Assembly: GCA_035656635.1 (NCBI GenBank)
Contig: DASRSD010000099.1
Coordinates: forward strand, 2 to 64,001
DNA from: Pirellulales bacterium
GTDB lineage: Bacteria > Planctomycetota > Planctomycetia > Pirellulales > JADZDJ01
DNA: 64,000 nt
Direction of reading: 5' to 3'
The position numbers and the translations under genes are program-made. Positions 28,703 to 39,115 of the stretch are shown here, in pieces. Each line of letters starts with the position of its first letter. Position 1 is the stretch's first letter. The notes beneath the pieces were generated by a model. The model was not told the DNA's origin and did no database searches. It was given only the letters and a program-made list of their open reading frames with translations.

Positions 28703-30442
28703 ATGTCGTTCCGATTCGCCCTTGCTCGTTCGGGTTGCTGGACTGCTGCCTTCCTGGGCGTGACCTTGTTTTGCGTGTGTGTGGCCCGGGCTGAAAATGA
28801 AGGCCAGGATGAATTGGATAAGGCCAGTGATAAAAAGCTGGCCGCCGACAGCGTGGAAGATTTGGGCCAGGTCATTGATTTGTGCGAAAGCGCTTTGAAA
28901 AAGGGACTCGACGCCGGCAATTCGCAATTCGCCAACAATTTGCTGACGGGCACGTTGCTGGAGCGAGCCAACGTGTTGTTGAAAAACATTGTGCAGCAAA
29001 AGCCGGCGGGCTGGCAGCAATTGCGTATTCTGGCCCTGGCCGATTTAGGCAAGGCGCTGAAAATCAGCCCACAAATGGCGCCTGCCCAATTGATGATCGC
29101 CAGGTTACAGCAACTTCCGGGAGGCGATCGCGCGGCGGCGCAAAAGGCAGCTGAAGCCGCGCTCGATTTATCCAAGGATAAGCAGGAAGATCGCGTGGCC
29201 GCCTTGGTGCTCTTGGCCGACCTGACCGACGAGCCGGAGAAAAAGCTCGATTACTACGCTCAGGCTCTCAAAATTGCCCCCAACAATCAGGAAGCGTTAC
29301 GGCGGCGCGGAATGTTCCTGCTTACTTCCGGAAAAATGCAGGAAGCAGCCGCTGATTTAGACGCTGCCGCCAAGGCCGATCCGGAAGACCCCGTGCTGCA
29401 AGAAGTGCGCGGTCTGGCGTGGTTCGCGCTCAAGAATAATGACGAAGCCATCGCAGCGTTCAGCGATGAAATTAAATTGCGGCCCGAATCCGGATTGCCT
29501 TATTTGCATCGGGCACAAGTTTACGCGGTCGCCAAAAAAACAAAGGAAGCGCTGAACGACATCGATCAAGCCCTGAAGCTGGAGCCCGATAAAATTCAGC
29601 AAGTCGCCCAAGCGCTGCTGTTGAAATCGCAAATTCATCAGGAAGCCGATGACCGCAAGGCCGCACGCGCCGATTTGGACGAAGCCCTTAAAGACGTGCC
29701 AGGCTGGGCACCGGCGCTGGAAGCTCGGGCCGTGTTGTCCGCGGCGGAGGAAGATTACGGCCAAGCGATTCGCGATTCGCAAGAGCTGCTGAAGGCATCT
29801 CCACGCAATGCGCAGTTGCTGGACCAATTGGGCATGTTGTACCAGGCCAATAAGCAGCCACGCAAGGCAATTGCCACGTACAGCGACGTATTAACCGCCA
29901 ATCCTGAAAGTATGTCGGCATTGATCGGCCGAGCCGATGCTTACCTGAACCTTGGCAAACATACTGACGCCGTGGCCGATTACGAAGCAGCATTGAAGAT
30001 CAAGCCCGACGATTTGGGCGTGCTGAACAATTTAGCTTGGGTGTTGGCCACGTCGCCGGACGATAAGGTGCGCAATAGCAAGCGATCTATCGAATTGAGC
30101 ACACAGGCCGCCAAGCAAAGCGATTACAAACAGGCCTACATTCTCAGCACGCTGGCGGCAGGTTATGCAGAGTCGGGCGATTTCGACACGGCCAAGCAAT
30201 GGTCGCAAAAAGCGGTCGATTTGGGAAGCGACAAGCCCGATGTCAATGTCCAACTCAAAAAGGAGTTAAGCAGCTACGAAAACAAAAAGCCGTGGCGCGA
30301 AAAGCAAGTGATTGAAGAAAAAGACGATTCCCGCAGCGCCTCGCAACCGGATGCCAAATCGTCCGCTAAAAAACTGCCGGGTCCGCCCCCGGTTGGTGGC
30401 GACAATTCCGCAGCCAATGAAGCGCCGACAAAAAAAGAGTAA
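28703..30442 (+). CDS. secreted TPR-repeat protein
   Basis: ATG at 28703; signal peptide; at least 8 TPR-like units (e.g. AYLNLGKHTDAVADYEAALKIKPDD). Confidence 0.75.
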   Translation: MSFRFALARSGCWTAAFLGVTLFCVCVARAENEGQDELDKASDKKLAADSVEDLGQVIDLCESALKKGLDAGNSQFANNLLTGTLLERANVLLKNIVQQKPAGWQQLRILALADLGKALKISPQMAPAQLMIARLQQLPGGDRAAAQKAAEAALDLSKDKQEDRVAALVLLADLTDEPEKKLDYYAQALKIAPNNQEALRRRGMFLLTSGKMQEAAADLDAAAKADPEDPVLQEVRGLAWFALKNNDEAIAAFSDEIKLRPESGLPYLHRAQVYAVAKKTKEALNDIDQALKLEPDKIQQVAQALLLKSQIHQEADDRKAARADLDEALKDVPGWAPALEARAVLSAAEEDYGQAIRDSQELLKASPRNAQLLDQLGMLYQANKQPRKAIATYSDVLTANPESMSALIGRADAYLNLGKHTDAVADYEAALKIKPDDLGVLNNLAWVLATSPDDKVRNSKRSIELSTQAAKQSDYKQAYILSTLAAGYAESGDFDTAKQWSQKAVDLGSDKPDVNVQLKKELSSYENKKPWREKQVIEEKDDSRSASQPDAKSSAKKLPGPPPVGGDNSAANEAPTKKE

Positions 30443-30480
30443 CGCTCATTGATCCCGCCTTAGAGGCCCTGCAGGCGTAT

Positions 30481-32265
30481 TCAGGCCGTGGCGGTTTGAG
30501 CGGTGTATTGGTCGGTCCAAGCCCGCAAATCGTCGGCGCCTTTACGATGGCAAAAATCGCCAAAGGTTTCCTCCGGCTGTCGATCGTGCTTGAAATAAAC
30601 AAAAAGCGGCACCAAGGTCGGTACGACTTCTTCGGCCGAAACTAAATCTTTGTAGATGAAATTCATCCGATCGCCCAACAATCGCCCGCCGACAAACACG
30701 GTGTATTTACCTACCGTCTTGCCGACCAACCCGATGTCGCAATTGTAGGGTCGGGCGCAGCCATTGGGGCAACCGGTCATGCGAAGGGTGAAGTTTTCTT
30801 TCGCCAGGCCGAGCTTGGAAAGTTCGACTTCCAATAAGTCAATCATTCCAGGCAGGGCCCGTTCGCTTTCCGTAACGGCTAGGCCGCAGGTGGGATACGC
30901 CACGCAGGCCATCGACCATCGCCGCACGTTGGAAATTTCTTCCGACAGCGGCACGTGATGTCGCCGTAGAATTTCCTCCAACTGCCCGCGCACTTCCGGC
31001 GCCAAATCGCAAAACAAAATGCTTTGGTGTGCAGTCAGCCGAAAGCTGGGCCGCAACGTGTCGCACACTTCTCGCAGTGCGGTTTTCAGTTGTATGTTTT
31101 CGTCGTCTTTGATGCGGCCGTTTTCGATGTTCAAGCCGTAAAACATCCGGCCGTCACCCTGCTCGTGCCAGCCCATGTGATCGTTGAAGCCCCACACATC
31201 TTCCGGATCCAGCGGCTTGAGTTTGTGTCCGTAATACTCCTCGACCTTGGCTTGGAACCAGTCTAGGCCTTGATTGGCGAGTAAGTATTTTAAGCGGGCC
31301 ACTTTGCGGTCAACGCGATTGCCATAGTCGCGCTGGACTTTCACAATCGCGGTGCACACGTCGATGACCTCGTGCGGCTCGACAAAGGCCATCCGCTTAG
31401 CAATGGCGGGAAAAGTTTTGGTGGCACTGGGGGTGCAACCCATGCTGCCGCCCACCAACACGTTGTAACCCACGATTTTCCAATCGTGGCAAATGGCCAT
31501 TAAGCCCACGTCGTTGGCGTATAAATCGACGCAGTTATCGCCGGGCAAACCTACGGCGAACTTGAATTTGCGCGGCAAATACGTGGGGCCATAAATCGGC
31601 TCCACTTCAGTCTGGCCATTGCCGGAATGTGCGCCGGCGTGATGATGGCCGTTTGTTTCGCTGCCTCCCAAATATTGTTCTTCACCCGTGGCTGTATCGC
31701 GCAGCCAAATTTCGTGATAGGCGCGTGTCTTGGGCGTGAACTGTTCCACCAATCGGTCGGCCAGCGCTTGCAATTCGGCATGCACCGGGTCGCTGTAATG
31801 TGGCGCCGGGCAGCACATGACGTTGCGCTTTACGTCGCCGCAAGCGGCCAACGTGGAAAGTTTGATTTGATTAATCCGTTGAATGGTTTCATGCAGGTTG
31901 CGTTTGGGAACGCCGTGCAGTTGTAATCCTTGCCGACTGGTAATGCGCAAAGTGCCATTGCCCAACTCATCGCATAAAGCCAATTCACCCAGTAATTGAT
32001 CGGCCGTCAATCTGCCACCCGGCACCGCCGAGCGGACCATAAAAATATATTGCCGCAGGCTTTTGCCCCCCTCCTGCTTCACCCGGTGTTCGCGGTCGTC
32101 TTGCTGGTACGTGCCGTGAAATTTGAGCAGAGCCGAATTGTCCTTGTTGAATTTATCGCTGGGCTCGGCCAGTTCCTGGGCAATCGTGCCGCGCAGATAG
32201 TGGCTGTTCAGCTTGACGCTTTCGGCTGCAGAAAGCTTTTCGGAAATCGGGGTGTGTTCGGCCAT
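30481..32265 (-). CDS. assimilatory sulfite reductase (ferredoxin/NADPH hemoprotein type, Sir/CysI family)
   Basis: KLNSHYLRGTIAQEL, LLKFHGTYQQDDRE, two nitrite/sulfite reductase repeats, siroheme/4Fe-4S Cys motif TGCPNGCARP. Confidence 0.85.
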   Translation of the reverse strand: MAEHTPISEKLSAAESVKLNSHYLRGTIAQELAEPSDKFNKDNSALLKFHGTYQQDDREHRVKQEGGKSLRQYIFMVRSAVPGGRLTADQLLGELALCDELGNGTLRITSRQGLQLHGVPKRNLHETIQRINQIKLSTLAACGDVKRNVMCCPAPHYSDPVHAELQALADRLVEQFTPKTRAYHEIWLRDTATGEEQYLGGSETNGHHHAGAHSGNGQTEVEPIYGPTYLPRKFKFAVGLPGDNCVDLYANDVGLMAICHDWKIVGYNVLVGGSMGCTPSATKTFPAIAKRMAFVEPHEVIDVCTAIVKVQRDYGNRVDRKVARLKYLLANQGLDWFQAKVEEYYGHKLKPLDPEDVWGFNDHMGWHEQGDGRMFYGLNIENGRIKDDENIQLKTALREVCDTLRPSFRLTAHQSILFCDLAPEVRGQLEEILRRHHVPLSEEISNVRRWSMACVAYPTCGLAVTESERALPGMIDLLEVELSKLGLAKENFTLRMTGCPNGCARPYNCDIGLVGKTVGKYTVFVGGRLLGDRMNFIYKDLVSAEEVVPTLVPLFVYFKHDRQPEETFGDFCHRKGADDLRAWTDQYTAQTATA

Positions 32266-32515
32266 GGAGGCGAAAGATGGTTAAAAAGTGCGGACTGGAG
32301 AAATTGTACTTTGCAGCCGGCTGTCCGAATATAAATCAATTGTTATTTTAAGCGACGGATAAGTTGCCGGACGGCAGCAAAAGTGCGAGTACTTTTACAC
32401 GTATCGGCGAATGTTTAGTAAGATTATGACAATTATTACCATTTAGCACTTTCGGTCAAGCGATGATAACCTTACTTCCACCCAACCGCGAGAGCAAATC
32501 GACGTAAATCATCCC

Positions 32516-33037
32516 ATGAATCAGGCATCGGAAACCTCAGTTTCTGCGCCCATTGATCCGGCCGCCTGGCGGCACCCGGCGGTCATTTTGGCCACAGGTT
32601 TATGGATGGGCCGAATGCCTGTCGCACCCGGAACGTTTGGCACGTTGTTGGGATTGCCGTTGGCGTGGGGAATTAGTTGGATTTCCAGCGCGGCCCTGCA
32701 AAGTGTGGTTGTGGTTGTCACTTGCATTTTAGGCATTCCCATTTGCACTGCCGCGGCGCGGCGATTGGGTGGACTGAAAGACCCACAGCAAATTGTGCTG
32801 GATGAAATTGCCGCGGTGCCAATTACATTCTTTCTTGTTGCGCATGACACTTTGTCGCGGCCGTTGATTCTGTTAGCCGGCTTCATTCTGTTTCGCGTGT
32901 TCGACATCACCAAACCCCCGCCCGTCCGACAGTTGGAAAGCTTGCCAACCGGTCTGGGCATCATGGCCGACGACTGGGCCGCCGGGGTCTACTCCTGCTT
33001 AGCACTACACGCCATACTTTGGGCTGGCTGGCTGTAA
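32516..33037 (+). CDS. pgpA: phosphatidylglycerophosphatase A
   Basis: APGTFGTLLGLPLAW, VLDEIAAVP, FRVFDITKPPP, MADDWAAGVYS PgpA motifs. Confidence 0.85.
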   Translation: MNQASETSVSAPIDPAAWRHPAVILATGLWMGRMPVAPGTFGTLLGLPLAWGISWISSAALQSVVVVVTCILGIPICTAAARRLGGLKDPQQIVLDEIAAVPITFFLVAHDTLSRPLILLAGFILFRVFDITKPPPVRQLESLPTGLGIMADDWAAGVYSCLALHAILWAGWL

Positions 33038-33073
33038 GTCGTATTTCACCGCAGAGACGCGGAGACACAGAGG

Positions 33074-33952
33074 ATGACGGCTAAACTGCTCGATGGCAAA
33101 GCGCTGGCCGCGAAATTGCAGATCAACCTGCAAGCCCAGGTGGCACAGTTCCAAGCGCAATCGGGCATCACGCCCTGCTTAGCCGCAGTGTTGGTTGGCG
33201 AAAATCAGGCCAGCGAAGTTTACGTGCGCAACAAGCGACAAGCTTGCGAGCGCGTGGGCATGGCCAGCCAATTGCATCGTCTGCCGGCCAGTGCTTCGCA
33301 ACAAGAATTGTTGAGCTTGGTCGACCGGTTGAATGCTGCGCCGGCTAACGAACCGGTCCACGGCATTCTGGTGCAATTGCCATTGCCCAAACAAATCGAT
33401 GAGAAAGCGATTCTGGACGCCGTCCATCCGCTCAAAGATGTCGACGCATTTCACCCGGAAAACGTGGGATTGCTTGTACAAGGCCGGCCGCGATTTTTGC
33501 CCTGCACCCCACACGGCATTCAAAAGCTGTTGATGCACAACAGCGTAGAAACCGCGGGCCAACATGTCGTCGTGCTGGGCCGAAGCGAGATTGTCGGCAA
33601 ACCCATTTCGCTCATGCTAGTGCAGCGCGGGCCTGGGGCCGATGCTACGGTCACTATGTGCCACAGCCGCACACAAAATTTGGCAAAAATCACGCGCCAG
33701 GCCGATATTTTGATCGCCGCCATTGGCCAACCGCGGTTTGTGAAGGCGGAAATGATTCGGCCGGGGGCTGTGGTCATCGACGTGGGGGTTAACCGCGTGG
33801 AGGGCAAACTGTGCGGTGACGTGGATTTTGACGCCGTGCGTGAAGTGGCAGGAGCCATCACGCCCGTTCCAGGTGGCGTGGGCCCGCTAACGATTGCCAT
33901 GCTGCTGGAAAACACGCTGAAAGCGGCGCGACTGCAGGCGTCGGCAAATTGA
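33074..33952 (+). CDS. folD: bifunctional methylenetetrahydrofolate dehydrogenase/cyclohydrolase FolD
   Basis: LAAVLVGENQASEVYVRNK, GILVQLPLP, VVLGRSEIVGKP, TPVPGGVGPLTIAMLL. Confidence 0.95.
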   Translation: MTAKLLDGKALAAKLQINLQAQVAQFQAQSGITPCLAAVLVGENQASEVYVRNKRQACERVGMASQLHRLPASASQQELLSLVDRLNAAPANEPVHGILVQLPLPKQIDEKAILDAVHPLKDVDAFHPENVGLLVQGRPRFLPCTPHGIQKLLMHNSVETAGQHVVVLGRSEIVGKPISLMLVQRGPGADATVTMCHSRTQNLAKITRQADILIAAIGQPRFVKAEMIRPGAVVIDVGVNRVEGKLCGDVDFDAVREVAGAITPVPGGVGPLTIAMLLENTLKAARLQASAN

Positions 33953-34006
33953 ACTACTCGTTCGTGCCGTGGCTGCGCCGTTCAATGCCACCGATTCGTA
34001 AGCACA

Positions 34007-34822
34007 TTATCGGCTTGTCGAACGTTGGCGTAACGCTTCATAAAACAATACTGCGGCAGTGGCCGAAACATTCAGGCTGTCGACCGCGCCCCGCATCGGA
34101 AGGCGAATAGCAGTCATGTCGTCGCCGGTTGCAGAATTATTGCGCCACGTGTCAGATAATCCTTCCGCTTCGCTCCCCAGCACCAAGGCACATGAGTCGG
34201 TGAAATTGCAGGCGGCGTAATCAACCGCGGCATCGACCCGGGCTGCGAAAATTTTTAATTTTTGCGCTCGTAGCCAAGCTATGGTTTCGTCGCTGCTAGC
34301 CGCCAGTACGGGAAGCGTAAAAATGGCGCCCAAACTGGCGCGGATGGCATTGGGGTTGTAAAGATCCACGTCGGCCTCGGCGACAATCACAGCGGAAATA
34401 CCTGCGCCGTCGGCACTGCGCAACACCGCTCCCAAATTGCCCGGCTTTTCTACACCTTCCAGAACCGCCACTAGCGGATTGCGCGGCAAACTTAGCTCGG
34501 CCAAACTGCGCTGGGGAATTTCGGCCACGGCCAGCACTCCCTCGGCTCGGCTGCCGTATGCCAAGACAGAAAATACTGCGGACGAAACTTCGAATTGAGG
34601 AGCGTTTGCGTTTTCCAAGCGCCGCAGAAGCTGTTCGCACTCCGAACCCGTGCACTCCTCGCGGCAAATGTACAGTTCTTGCAATGTGAATCGGCCATCA
34701 AGGGCACGGCCGATTTCACGCACACCGTTAATCATAAAGCGACCTTGCTGGACCCGCTGACGCGGATTGCGTAGCTTGGCAGCGGCTTTTACGCGCGGAT
34801 TGGCAGTGCTCGTGATTTTCAT
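34007..34822 (-). CDS. TrmH/SpoU-family RNA 2'-O-methyltransferase
   Basis: ATG at 34822; NPRVKAAAKL, LEGVEKPGNLGAVLRSADGAG, LVLGSEAEGL, IPMRGAVDSLNVSATAAVLFYE. Confidence 0.85.
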   Translation of the reverse strand: MKITSTANPRVKAAAKLRNPRQRVQQGRFMINGVREIGRALDGRFTLQELYICREECTGSECEQLLRRLENANAPQFEVSSAVFSVLAYGSRAEGVLAVAEIPQRSLAELSLPRNPLVAVLEGVEKPGNLGAVLRSADGAGISAVIVAEADVDLYNPNAIRASLGAIFTLPVLAASSDETIAWLRAQKLKIFAARVDAAVDYAACNFTDSCALVLGSEAEGLSDTWRNNSATGDDMTAIRLPMRGAVDSLNVSATAAVLFYEALRQRSTSR

Positions 34823-34841
34823 GCGGGTTACCGTGCGCAAC

Positions 34842-34867
34842 AAAAAAGGATGCCCAGGGGGCATCCT
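34842..34867 (-). terminator. rho-independent terminator downstream of rpmA
   Basis: Minus strand: AGGATGCCC-cct-GGGCATCCT (9-bp perfect stem) followed by TTTTTT. Confidence 0.85.
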
Positions 34868-34934
34868 TTGATGATACTTTAATTTGCTAAGCTGCAAGCG
34901 GATGGGTGACGAACAAGTAGCCTGTTCTGGGAAC

Positions 34935-35183
34935 TTAATTCGCTTCCACCACGTTGACGCGGCGGCCGTCGCGGTCGAATTTCACCACGCCGGGAACCAG
35001 GGCGAACAAGGTGAAATCTTTACCTTGGCCGACGCCTTTGCCGGGGTGAAATGTATTGCCCACCTGACGAATAATAATGTTGCCCGCAATGACCGATTCG
35101 CCGGCATAGCGTTTGACACCGCGGCGTTGGCCGGCGGAATCACGCCCATTGCGGCTGGAGCCTTGACCCTTCTTATGTGCCAT
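34935..35183 (-). CDS. rpmA: 50S ribosomal protein L27
   Basis: [48 protein letters not shown]; ATG at 35183. Confidence 0.97.
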   Translation of the reverse strand: MAHKKGQGSSRNGRDSAGQRRGVKRYAGESVIAGNIIIRQVGNTFHPGKGVGQGKDFTLFALVPGVVKFDRDGRRVNVVEAN

Positions 35184-35254
35184 GAAAATGAGTGGTGTTG
35201 GGAGGATGGCACCGGGCCAGCGGCTCGACGCCAAATTCAGGTAAACCTTGAAAG

Positions 35255-36178
35255 TTACCGGAAAACCCACTCGTGGTCAACCTGTCCGGGCGTACCGAAG
35301 TAGATATCTTCCTTATCCGGTTCGTGTTCATCGCCGGGACGCCAGAAGTTCAGCTTCAGTGTTTTTTGATAGTAGTGCCGGCCGGTTCCGGGGGGATCGC
35401 CCAGTTTGTAGGCTCCCTGCTGGTCTTCAAATCGGTAGGCGTTGGAAAGGCCCTGCACGTAAATGTTGAAGAAATCGATGCGCGGATCAACATATTCCCA
35501 GGTGGCCACGCCCCAGACGCTGTGATCGTCGTCAGCGGTGCTCAGGGGAATGGGCTGCTTGCCCATTTGCACGGTGTCTAACAGTTTGCGATGCGAATCA
35601 TCGCGCTGCTCAATTGCTTCCTCAGCCAAAGGCAACACCCGATCGAGATATGCTTTTTTAAACTGCGGGCTTTCCAACACAAACTGCGGATGGAAATAAA
35701 CGGGTTGGGTGCTGGGCTGATTCGCTGCCAGGCTTTGATTCTTTCCCTCTTTCGCTTCGGCTTCCAAATGCTGGCCCAAGTTTTTCACACGGTACACCAT
35801 GTACCACACCATGCGGCGATCCATATGGCCATCGGCCAGTGGCATATCGACATTGATTATTCGCAGCGGCTTAAAGCTGAATTCCAAATACCACACGCCA
35901 TGGCGGAACGGAATATCTTTGGTTAGCGCTTGCAGGGTGGTGCTGGCGCTTTGCGTTTCCGGTTTCCAATCGAGCTGCTGACCGGCCGATTGAATTTCGA
36001 CAATGTCATGGGTGGTAACGGTATCTTGCGGATTGGGCTGGGCCGCAATAGTGGTTTCCACGCCCGGGCCGAGTTTGCGATACCCTTTGGGCGGATCGGA
36101 AGCGAAGGCCTGCAGCGCGCCGGCCAGCGCCCAAAGGAACGTGGCGACAGAAACGCTGGAAATTACTCGATTGAGCAT
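35255..36178 (-). CDS. hypothetical secreted protein
   Basis: 307 aa; signal peptide [26 protein letters not shown]; no family recognised. Confidence 0.6.
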   Translation of the reverse strand: MLNRVISSVSVATFLWALAGALQAFASDPPKGYRKLGPGVETTIAAQPNPQDTVTTHDIVEIQSAGQQLDWKPETQSASTTLQALTKDIPFRHGVWYLEFSFKPLRIINVDMPLADGHMDRRMVWYMVYRVKNLGQHLEAEAKEGKNQSLAANQPSTQPVYFHPQFVLESPQFKKAYLDRVLPLAEEAIEQRDDSHRKLLDTVQMGKQPIPLSTADDDHSVWGVATWEYVDPRIDFFNIYVQGLSNAYRFEDQQGAYKLGDPPGTGRHYYQKTLKLNFWRPGDEHEPDKEDIYFGTPGQVDHEWVFR

Positions 36179-36304
36179 AATTGCGGTAGCCGTCCGATGG
36201 ATAAGAAATGCCCGGAAAATTGACCTATTCCAGTATAATTACCGGTTTTACGTGTGGTCAAATCAGCGCTTTTTGGCGCGAAAACTAGGAAATTCAAGAG
36301 GCCC

Positions 36305-36595
36305 TTAGGGATTCGATTGATCTAAGGCTTTCTGCCAAGCCTGCATGTACTTGTCGTTAAGCTCCTTTATCTGCTGATTCAGCGGCGCGAATTTTTTGTT
36401 GATTTCGAGCATTTTTTGTGGGTCACCGCCATCCGCTTCAACCGCGGCCTGATACTGGGCGTCACGTTGATCTCGCAGTTTCAAATAATCTGCCAATACT
36501 TGGTCTGCAACATTTCTTAGCTCCAAAAGCTTCTCGCTCGGCACAGTTGGGCGATTCCATGAGTTCAACAATATTGCAACGCCCGCCGCAACCAA
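36305..36595 (-). CDS. small hypothetical coiled-coil protein (N-terminus probably longer, see findings)
   Basis: ORF-track TTG start at 36595; frame stays open upstream and encodes RRHLWWISATLILVAAGVAILL. Confidence 0.45.
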   Translation of the reverse strand: MVAAGVAILLNSWNRPTVPSEKLLELRNVADQVLADYLKLRDQRDAQYQAAVEADGGDPQKMLEINKKFAPLNQQIKELNDKYMQAWQKALDQSNP

Positions 36596-36645
36596 AATGA
36601 GTGTTGCAGAAATCCACCACAGATGACGTCGAACTTGCAGTGCCC

Positions 36646-37554
36646 TTAACGCCGGCGGTGTTGTTGATATCGCCGGCTGGCGTCGGCGAGGAATTGGCGT
36701 TCTTCGGCCGTCAGGCTGCTTTCGCCCGTCTGGCTGATTTTTTCCAGCAATTGATCAACGCGCTGTTGAACGCGGCCGGTCGTGAGGTAATCGTCGGGTG
36801 GTTCTTCCACTTCGTCCGGCTCGCTGTGGACGCGCAATTTAGGACCGCTGCCTGGCAGACGGATCGAGGGGACAGACCAACCCCGCGGCCAGAGCCGGAA
36901 CAAATTCCAACCGGTACGATAGTACACGAATCCGAACGCCGCTCCTCCCAAATGCGCGGTGTGAGCGGTTAAATCGCTTTGATCAAACGAACCTAAGAAA
37001 TCGAGCGCGATGAACACGATGACCAACATGAACGCCGGCACTGGCAGCACTCCCCAAATGTAAAGCATTCGACGTGGAAAGTGGCAGGCGAAAATGACAG
37101 CCACGCCCATAATACCTCCCGATGCACCCTCCACGGGAGATTTGCCCTTGGTTGCCGCGGCAATCACCACGTACACCAACCCAGCCAGAATCACCAGGCT
37201 GATGTAAAGTTTTAAAAACTCGCGCTTACCATAAATGCGTTCCACGTCGCCACCGAAAACATACAAAGCGATCATGTTGAATAGAATGTGCGTAAATCCG
37301 GAGGAATCATGCACAAATCCGTAGCTCAGTAGCTGCCAGAACTTCCACGGATGCTGAAATAAATTCGGCTCTAGCGCCAGGTGCTGTTCGATCCACGTCG
37401 ATCCACCGCGCATTTGACCCTGGGTGAAGATTTCGACCAAATACACGGCCACGTTGATCGCAATCAGCGTAGTTACAGCCGACCAATGAGCCGCCGCGGG
37501 CAGCCGCAAGCCGGGGCGATCTTCACGGTAGTAATCGCGGTCGTAAAGGCCCAT
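36646..37554 (-). CDS. rhomboid-family intramembrane serine protease
   Basis: GASGGIMGV (GxSG), HLGGAAFG catalytic His helix, 6 TM; C-terminal soluble tail. Confidence 0.85.
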   Translation of the reverse strand: MGLYDRDYYREDRPGLRLPAAAHWSAVTTLIAINVAVYLVEIFTQGQMRGGSTWIEQHLALEPNLFQHPWKFWQLLSYGFVHDSSGFTHILFNMIALYVFGGDVERIYGKREFLKLYISLVILAGLVYVVIAAATKGKSPVEGASGGIMGVAVIFACHFPRRMLYIWGVLPVPAFMLVIVFIALDFLGSFDQSDLTAHTAHLGGAAFGFVYYRTGWNLFRLWPRGWSVPSIRLPGSGPKLRVHSEPDEVEEPPDDYLTTGRVQQRVDQLLEKISQTGESSLTAEERQFLADASRRYQQHRRR

Positions 37555-37911
37555 GGAAGGATGCGGTATGTGTGAGGGGATAGAGAGCAGGCCAGAGCGG
37601 GTAATCCGGCGTAGTAATAGAAACAGAAATCAGGCCCATAAACAGCGGACGGCACGTATAGTATCGCTCAAAGATTGTACGTGGCAATGTCTCTGGTAGT
37701 GCGGCAGTAATAAAAAGCCGGCAATTTGCGGGACAAGCAGGACGTTAGTAGTGCATGCTTTGGACCGGAAATGCTCTGCCCTGAAATTCGCTGGGAGTCT
37801 ACAATTTCTGTAGCGGGAGGGAATTGCTCAGGTGCGATTGACGACAACGCGATCCATCGAACGATTTTTATCCTCTGACTGCGGTCAGGAAGCCGCGTCC
37901 ACGAGATTTTC

Positions 37912-38988
37912 ATGGATGAACAGGAGCCGGAAATGATGACCCACTTCACCTCAAATTTTGCGGCCGAGCCCGCCGCCTGCGATAATTTGCAATCGATTTT
38001 GATTAAGCGACCACAATCTCCTCGCCGCCTGATTTTAACCCTTAGCTGTTTGTCGTTCGCGGCCGTTGGCGCATTAGTGATGCTAGCCGGCTGCAACAGT
38101 AATCCGTCATTGGAAGGTTCCAATTCACCGCCTAAATTGAGCATGGCAGCCGACCAGGAAAGCGGCGATTCGGGCACATCGAGCAATTTGTCCGCCCCCA
38201 CGGTGATAAAATTCGAAGATCCGTCGGCCAAAAACAGCACCAACGGCGATGACGACGAAGCTCAATTTGAAGCGCTCATCAAAGAGTTGCGGCAAACCTT
38301 TCGAGAAGCCGATGCTGGAAAGCAAGTCGATTTCGGTCCCGTGGCCGCCAAAGTCTGCGCTCGCGTGGAAACGCATATCAACGGAGATAATTTGGATTTG
38401 GCATCGCAGGTGGCACACGAATTTGTCGCGCATGGCGCCAACGATGCCGCCCGACTGGTGTTCAATAGCCTGCACAAAATTGCGGAGAATATTGCGCCAG
38501 GCATGTTTCAGCAGTTTGCACAAGAAATCAGCACTGCCGGGCTACGGCAGTTAGATTCCTTAGGGACCAAGCCGGAGATCTCTGGACAGCTGGTAGGCGG
38601 CGGGAAGTTCGATTGGAACCAATATCGAGGTAAGGTGGTGCTGCTCGACTTCTGGGCCACATGGTGTCCAAATTGCATTGCGGAAATGCCCGAGCTGCAA
38701 AAAATTTACACAAAGTACCGCGACCAGGGCGTGGAAGTGGTTGGCCTCAGCTTGGACAACAATCGGAAAGACGTAACCGACTTTTTGGAGCACAAAACGC
38801 TGCCGTGGCCTATTTTGTTCGACGGCGAACCAACCCTTGGACAATGGGATAATCCGTATGCTAAGCAATTTGGCGTTATGGCAATTCCGGTTACCATGTT
38901 GGTCGATCGGACGGGGAAAATTATTTCGATTTACACGCCAGTCGACGAGCTACCGCAGATGTTGGACAAACTGCTGGCCCAACATTAA
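37912..38988 (+). CDS. TlpA/redoxin-like thiol:disulfide oxidoreductase lipoprotein
   Basis: lipobox-like LAGC; VLLDFWATWCPNCIAEMPEL (WCxxC); exact start uncertain. Confidence 0.75.
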   Translation: MDEQEPEMMTHFTSNFAAEPAACDNLQSILIKRPQSPRRLILTLSCLSFAAVGALVMLAGCNSNPSLEGSNSPPKLSMAADQESGDSGTSSNLSAPTVIKFEDPSAKNSTNGDDDEAQFEALIKELRQTFREADAGKQVDFGPVAAKVCARVETHINGDNLDLASQVAHEFVAHGANDAARLVFNSLHKIAENIAPGMFQQFAQEISTAGLRQLDSLGTKPEISGQLVGGGKFDWNQYRGKVVLLDFWATWCPNCIAEMPELQKIYTKYRDQGVEVVGLSLDNNRKDVTDFLEHKTLPWPILFDGEPTLGQWDNPYAKQFGVMAIPVTMLVDRTGKIISIYTPVDELPQMLDKLLAQH

Positions 38989-39115
38989 ACGTCCATAGGG
39001 TCGAAGCGGCACCGCAATGTACACGCCGCGTTCTGGAACTGAGGCACAGCATCATGGCAACGGACAACAGCAGCCCGGCCGATCGCTCAGGAATGACAAT
39101 GCCCAAACCGCACGC

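Noticed and set aside
37668-38243. 191-aa minus-strand ORF overlapping the 5' part of the TlpA-like gene
   Set aside because: It has no motifs and overlaps a plus-strand ORF that has a lipobox and a thioredoxin WCxxC domain.
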